Assembly (NCBI RefSeq): GCF_009914755.1
Contig: NC_060934.1
Source: the human T2T-CHM13v2.0 reference genome, Homo sapiens
Length of the DNA: 64,000 nucleotides
Strand: one strand, 5' to 3'
The notes under the pieces were generated by a model. The model ran no database searches and had not been told where the DNA came from. It worked only from the letters and a program-made list of their open reading frames with translations. Both the position numbers and the translations under genes were made by a program. Position 1 is the stretch's first letter; each line of letters opens with the position of its first letter. Of the stretch, positions 60,811-64,000 are shown piece by piece.

Positions 60811-63218
60811 ACTTCTTTATCCTTTTGTTGATTGATGGGCATTTGGGCTGGTTTCGTATTTTTGCAGTTGTGAACTGTGCTACTATAAACGTGTGTACAA
60901 GTATCTTTTTTGTGTAATGACTTCTTTTTCTCTGGGTAGATACTCAGTAGTAGGATTGCTAGATCAAATGGTAGTTCTACTTCTAGTTCTTTAAGGAATC
61001 TCCACACTATTTTCAATAATGGTTGTACTAGTTTACATTCCCACCAGCAGTGTAGAAGTGTTCTCTTTTCACCACATCCATGCCAACATCTTTTATTTTT
61101 TGGTTTTTTGGTTATGGCCATTCTTGCAGGAGTAAGGTGGTATCACATTGTGGTTTTGATTTGCATTTCCCTGATCATTAGTGATGTTAGCATTTTTTCA
61201 TATGTTTGTTGGCAATTTGTATATCTTCTTTTGAGAATTGTCTATTCATGCCCTTAGCCTACTTTTTGATGGGATTGTTTATCTTTTTCTTGCTAATTTG
61301 TTGGAGTTCCTTGTAGATTCTGAATATTGGTCTTTTGTCGGATGTATAGATTGTGAAGATTTTCTCCTACTCTGTGGGTTGTCTGTTTACTCTGCTGACT
61401 ATTCCTTTTGCTATGCAGAAGCTCTTCAGTTTAATTAAGTCCCACCGATTTATCTTTGTTTTTGTTGCATTTGCTTTTGGGTTCTTTGTCATGAAGTCTT
61501 TGCCTAAGCCAATGTCTAGAAGGGTTTTTCTGATGTTATCTTCTAGAATTTTTATAGCTTCAGGTCTTAGATCTAAGTTCTTCATCCATCTTGAGTTGGT
61601 TTTTGTATGAGGTGAGAGATAAGGATCCACTTTCATTCTCCTCTGTGTGGCTTGCCAATTATCCTAGCACCATTTGTTTAATAGGGTGTCCTTTCCCCAC
61701 TTTAAGTTTTTGTTTGCTTTGTTGAAGATTAGTTGGCTGTAGGTATTTGGGTTTATTTCTGGGTTCTCTATTCTGTTCCATTGGTCTATGTGCCGATTTT
61801 TATACCAGTACTATGCTGTTTTGGTGACTATGGCCTTCAAGCATAGTTTGAAATCAGGTAATATGATGCCTCCAGATTTTTTCTTTTTGCTTAGTCTTGC
61901 TTTCGCCATGCAGGCTCTTTTTGGGTTCCATACGAATTGCCTTTTCTAGTTCTGTGAGGAATTATGGTGGCATTTTGATGGGAATCGCATTGAGTTGGTA
62001 GATTGCTTTTGGTAGTATGGTCATTTTCACAATATTGATTCTACCCATCCATGAGCATGGGATGTGTTTCCATTTGTTTGTGTCATCTATGATTTCTTTC
62101 AGCAGTGTTTTGTAGTTTTCCCTGTAGAGGTCTTTCACCTCCTTGGTCAGGTATATTCCTAAGTATTTTATTTTTTTGGCAGCTATTGTAAAAGGAGTTG
62201 AGTCCTTGATTTGATTCTCAGCTTGGCTGCTGTTGGTATATAGCAGAGCTACTAATTTGTGTACATTAATTTTGTATCCTGAAACTTTGCTGAATTCACT
62301 TACCAGTTCTAGGAGCTTTTTGGAGGAGCCTTAGGGTTTTCTAGGTATACTATCATATCATTAGCAAACAGTGACAGTTTGACTTCCTTCTTACTGATTT
62401 GGATGCCCTTTATTTCTTTCTCTTGTGTGATTGCTCTGGCTAGAACTTCCAGCACTATGAACACCTTTAGGCACATAAACTAGAAAACCTAGAAGAGAAA
62501 GATAAATTCCTGGAAAGACTCCACCCTCCTAGCTTAAAGCAGGAAGGATTAGAAACCCTGAAAAGTCAATAACAAGCAGTGAGGTTGAAATGGTAATTTT
62601 AAAACATACCAACAAAAAAAAGCTCAGGACCAGATGGATTCACAGCTGAATTCTATCAGACATTCAAAGAAGAATTGATACCAATCCTATTGACACTATT
62701 CCACAAGATAGAGAAAGAGGGAATCCTCCCTAAATCATTCTATGAAGCCAGTATCACCCTAATACCAAAACCAGGAAAGGGCATAACCAAAAAAGAAAAC
62801 TACAGACCAATACCCCTGATGAACATAGATGCAAAAATCCTTAATAAAATACAAGGTAAACAAATCCAACAACATATCAAAAAGATAATTCACCATGACC
62901 AAGTGGGTTTCATGCCAGGGATGCAGGGATAGTTTAACATACTCAACTCAATAAATGTGATACACCACATAAACAGAATTAAAAAGCAAAATCACATGAT
63001 CATCACAGTAGATGCAGAAAAAGCATTTGACAAAATCCAGCATCCCTTTATGATTAAAACCCTCAGCAAAATCAGCATACTAGGGATATACCTCAATGTA
63101 ATAAAAACCATCTATGACAAACCCACAGCCAACATAATACTGAATGGGGAAAAGTTGAAAGCATTCCCTCTGAGAACTGGAACAAGACAAGGATGCCCAC
63201 TCTCACTGCTTCTATTCA
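60345..63218 (-). mobile_element. 5'-truncated, 5'-inverted L1 (L1PB1-like): 60345-62459 minus, 62454-63218 plus
   Basis: TSD TCAGAGGAAGAGATTT at 60329-60344 and 63219-63234; ORF2 peptides on opposite strands. Confidence 0.92.
60714..60810. repeat. Compound (TG)/(TA)/(CA)/(TA) microsatellite inside the L1
   Basis: Directly visible. Confidence 0.95.
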
Positions 63219-63242
63219 TCAGAGGAAGAGATTTAAAAAAAA

Positions 63243-63525
63243 ATTTTTTTTTGAGACAGAGTCTTGCTCTGATCACAGCAATGGTGTGATCATGGCTCAC
63301 TGTAGCCTTGATTTCCCAGGCTCAAGCAATCCTCCTGCCTCAGCCTCCCAAGTAACTGGGTCTACAGGCACACACCACCACACCTGGTTAATTTTTTTGA
63401 ATTTTAGTAGCAATGGGATCTCACTGTGTTGCTCAGGCTGCTCTCGAACCCCTGGCCTCAAGTGATCCTCACACTTCAGCCTCCCAAAGTGTTAGGATTA
63501 CAGGTGTGAGTCACCATGTCTGGCC
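63243..63525 (-). mobile_element. AluJ
   Basis: polyT followed by diverged Alu body. Confidence 0.9.
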
Positions 63526-64000
63526 TGAAATTTGCGTGTTTGTGTAATTTTATATATAACAAATAATTTAAATTATATAATTGATTTAAATTATAAATAA
63601 AATTGAGTGTAGAGATGAATAGTACACAGAAATGATCAACATAAAGATAAACCTGGGAAGCAAATTTCCTTTGAAGTTTCTTGGAGACCAAAGGAAAAAG
63701 AGAAATAAGATTACCAACAATCTATGCTGTCCAAAAGAAGAAAACACACAAATTCTTCAGAGAAAAAAACCCCCACAAGTACATATCCTCAAACTTGGGA
63801 AAAAACGTTTTTCATATGAACTACTGGTTTTTCATATGAACTACTGAGAACTGCTGTGCCTAATGTCCTCACCACTCCTGAATGATGAATGTAGTAGCTA
63901 ACTTGGTATGAGATTACTAGAATGTCCTTCAATACATTCCAAGTGAGTAATGCCAAACATGTTGAAGGTAACTGTGAAGCTCAAAATAAGGTGTTCCAAT

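Overview
Primate (catarrhine, probably hominoid or human) non-coding DNA dominated by interspersed repeats. I recognise no host protein-coding exon, and nearly all ORFs in the track are Alu, L1 or LTR artefacts. Subfamily names come from recalled consensus features, not from an alignment run. Main contents: (1) three independently inserted full-length L1PA elements, each with its own target-site duplication (TSD): A (L1PA4-like, +, 7743-13930), B (L1PA7-like, -, 21356-27784) and C (L1PA6-like, +, 36300-42514); (2) a 5'-inverted (twin-primed) L1PB1-like copy; (3) old L1M, L2 and MIR fragments; (4) about 19 Alus; (5) several MaLR and ERVL solo LTRs; (6) a class III ERV remnant (LTR40-like) with a decayed gamma-type env and an inverted pol fragment. 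The most striking observation is that the three L1PAs, despite different subfamily ends and TSDs, share a mosaic of private lesions: the same ORF2 nonsense codon in all three, a shared 4-bp frameshift and a 151-bp identical tract. This points to repeated non-allelic gene conversion in an inverted/direct L1 cluster, or to an assembly artefact. Also notable are a 32-nt 3' transduction, a fold-back templated insertion forming an 18-bp hairpin, multi-level nesting with intact TSDs and a diverged ~170-bp local duplication.
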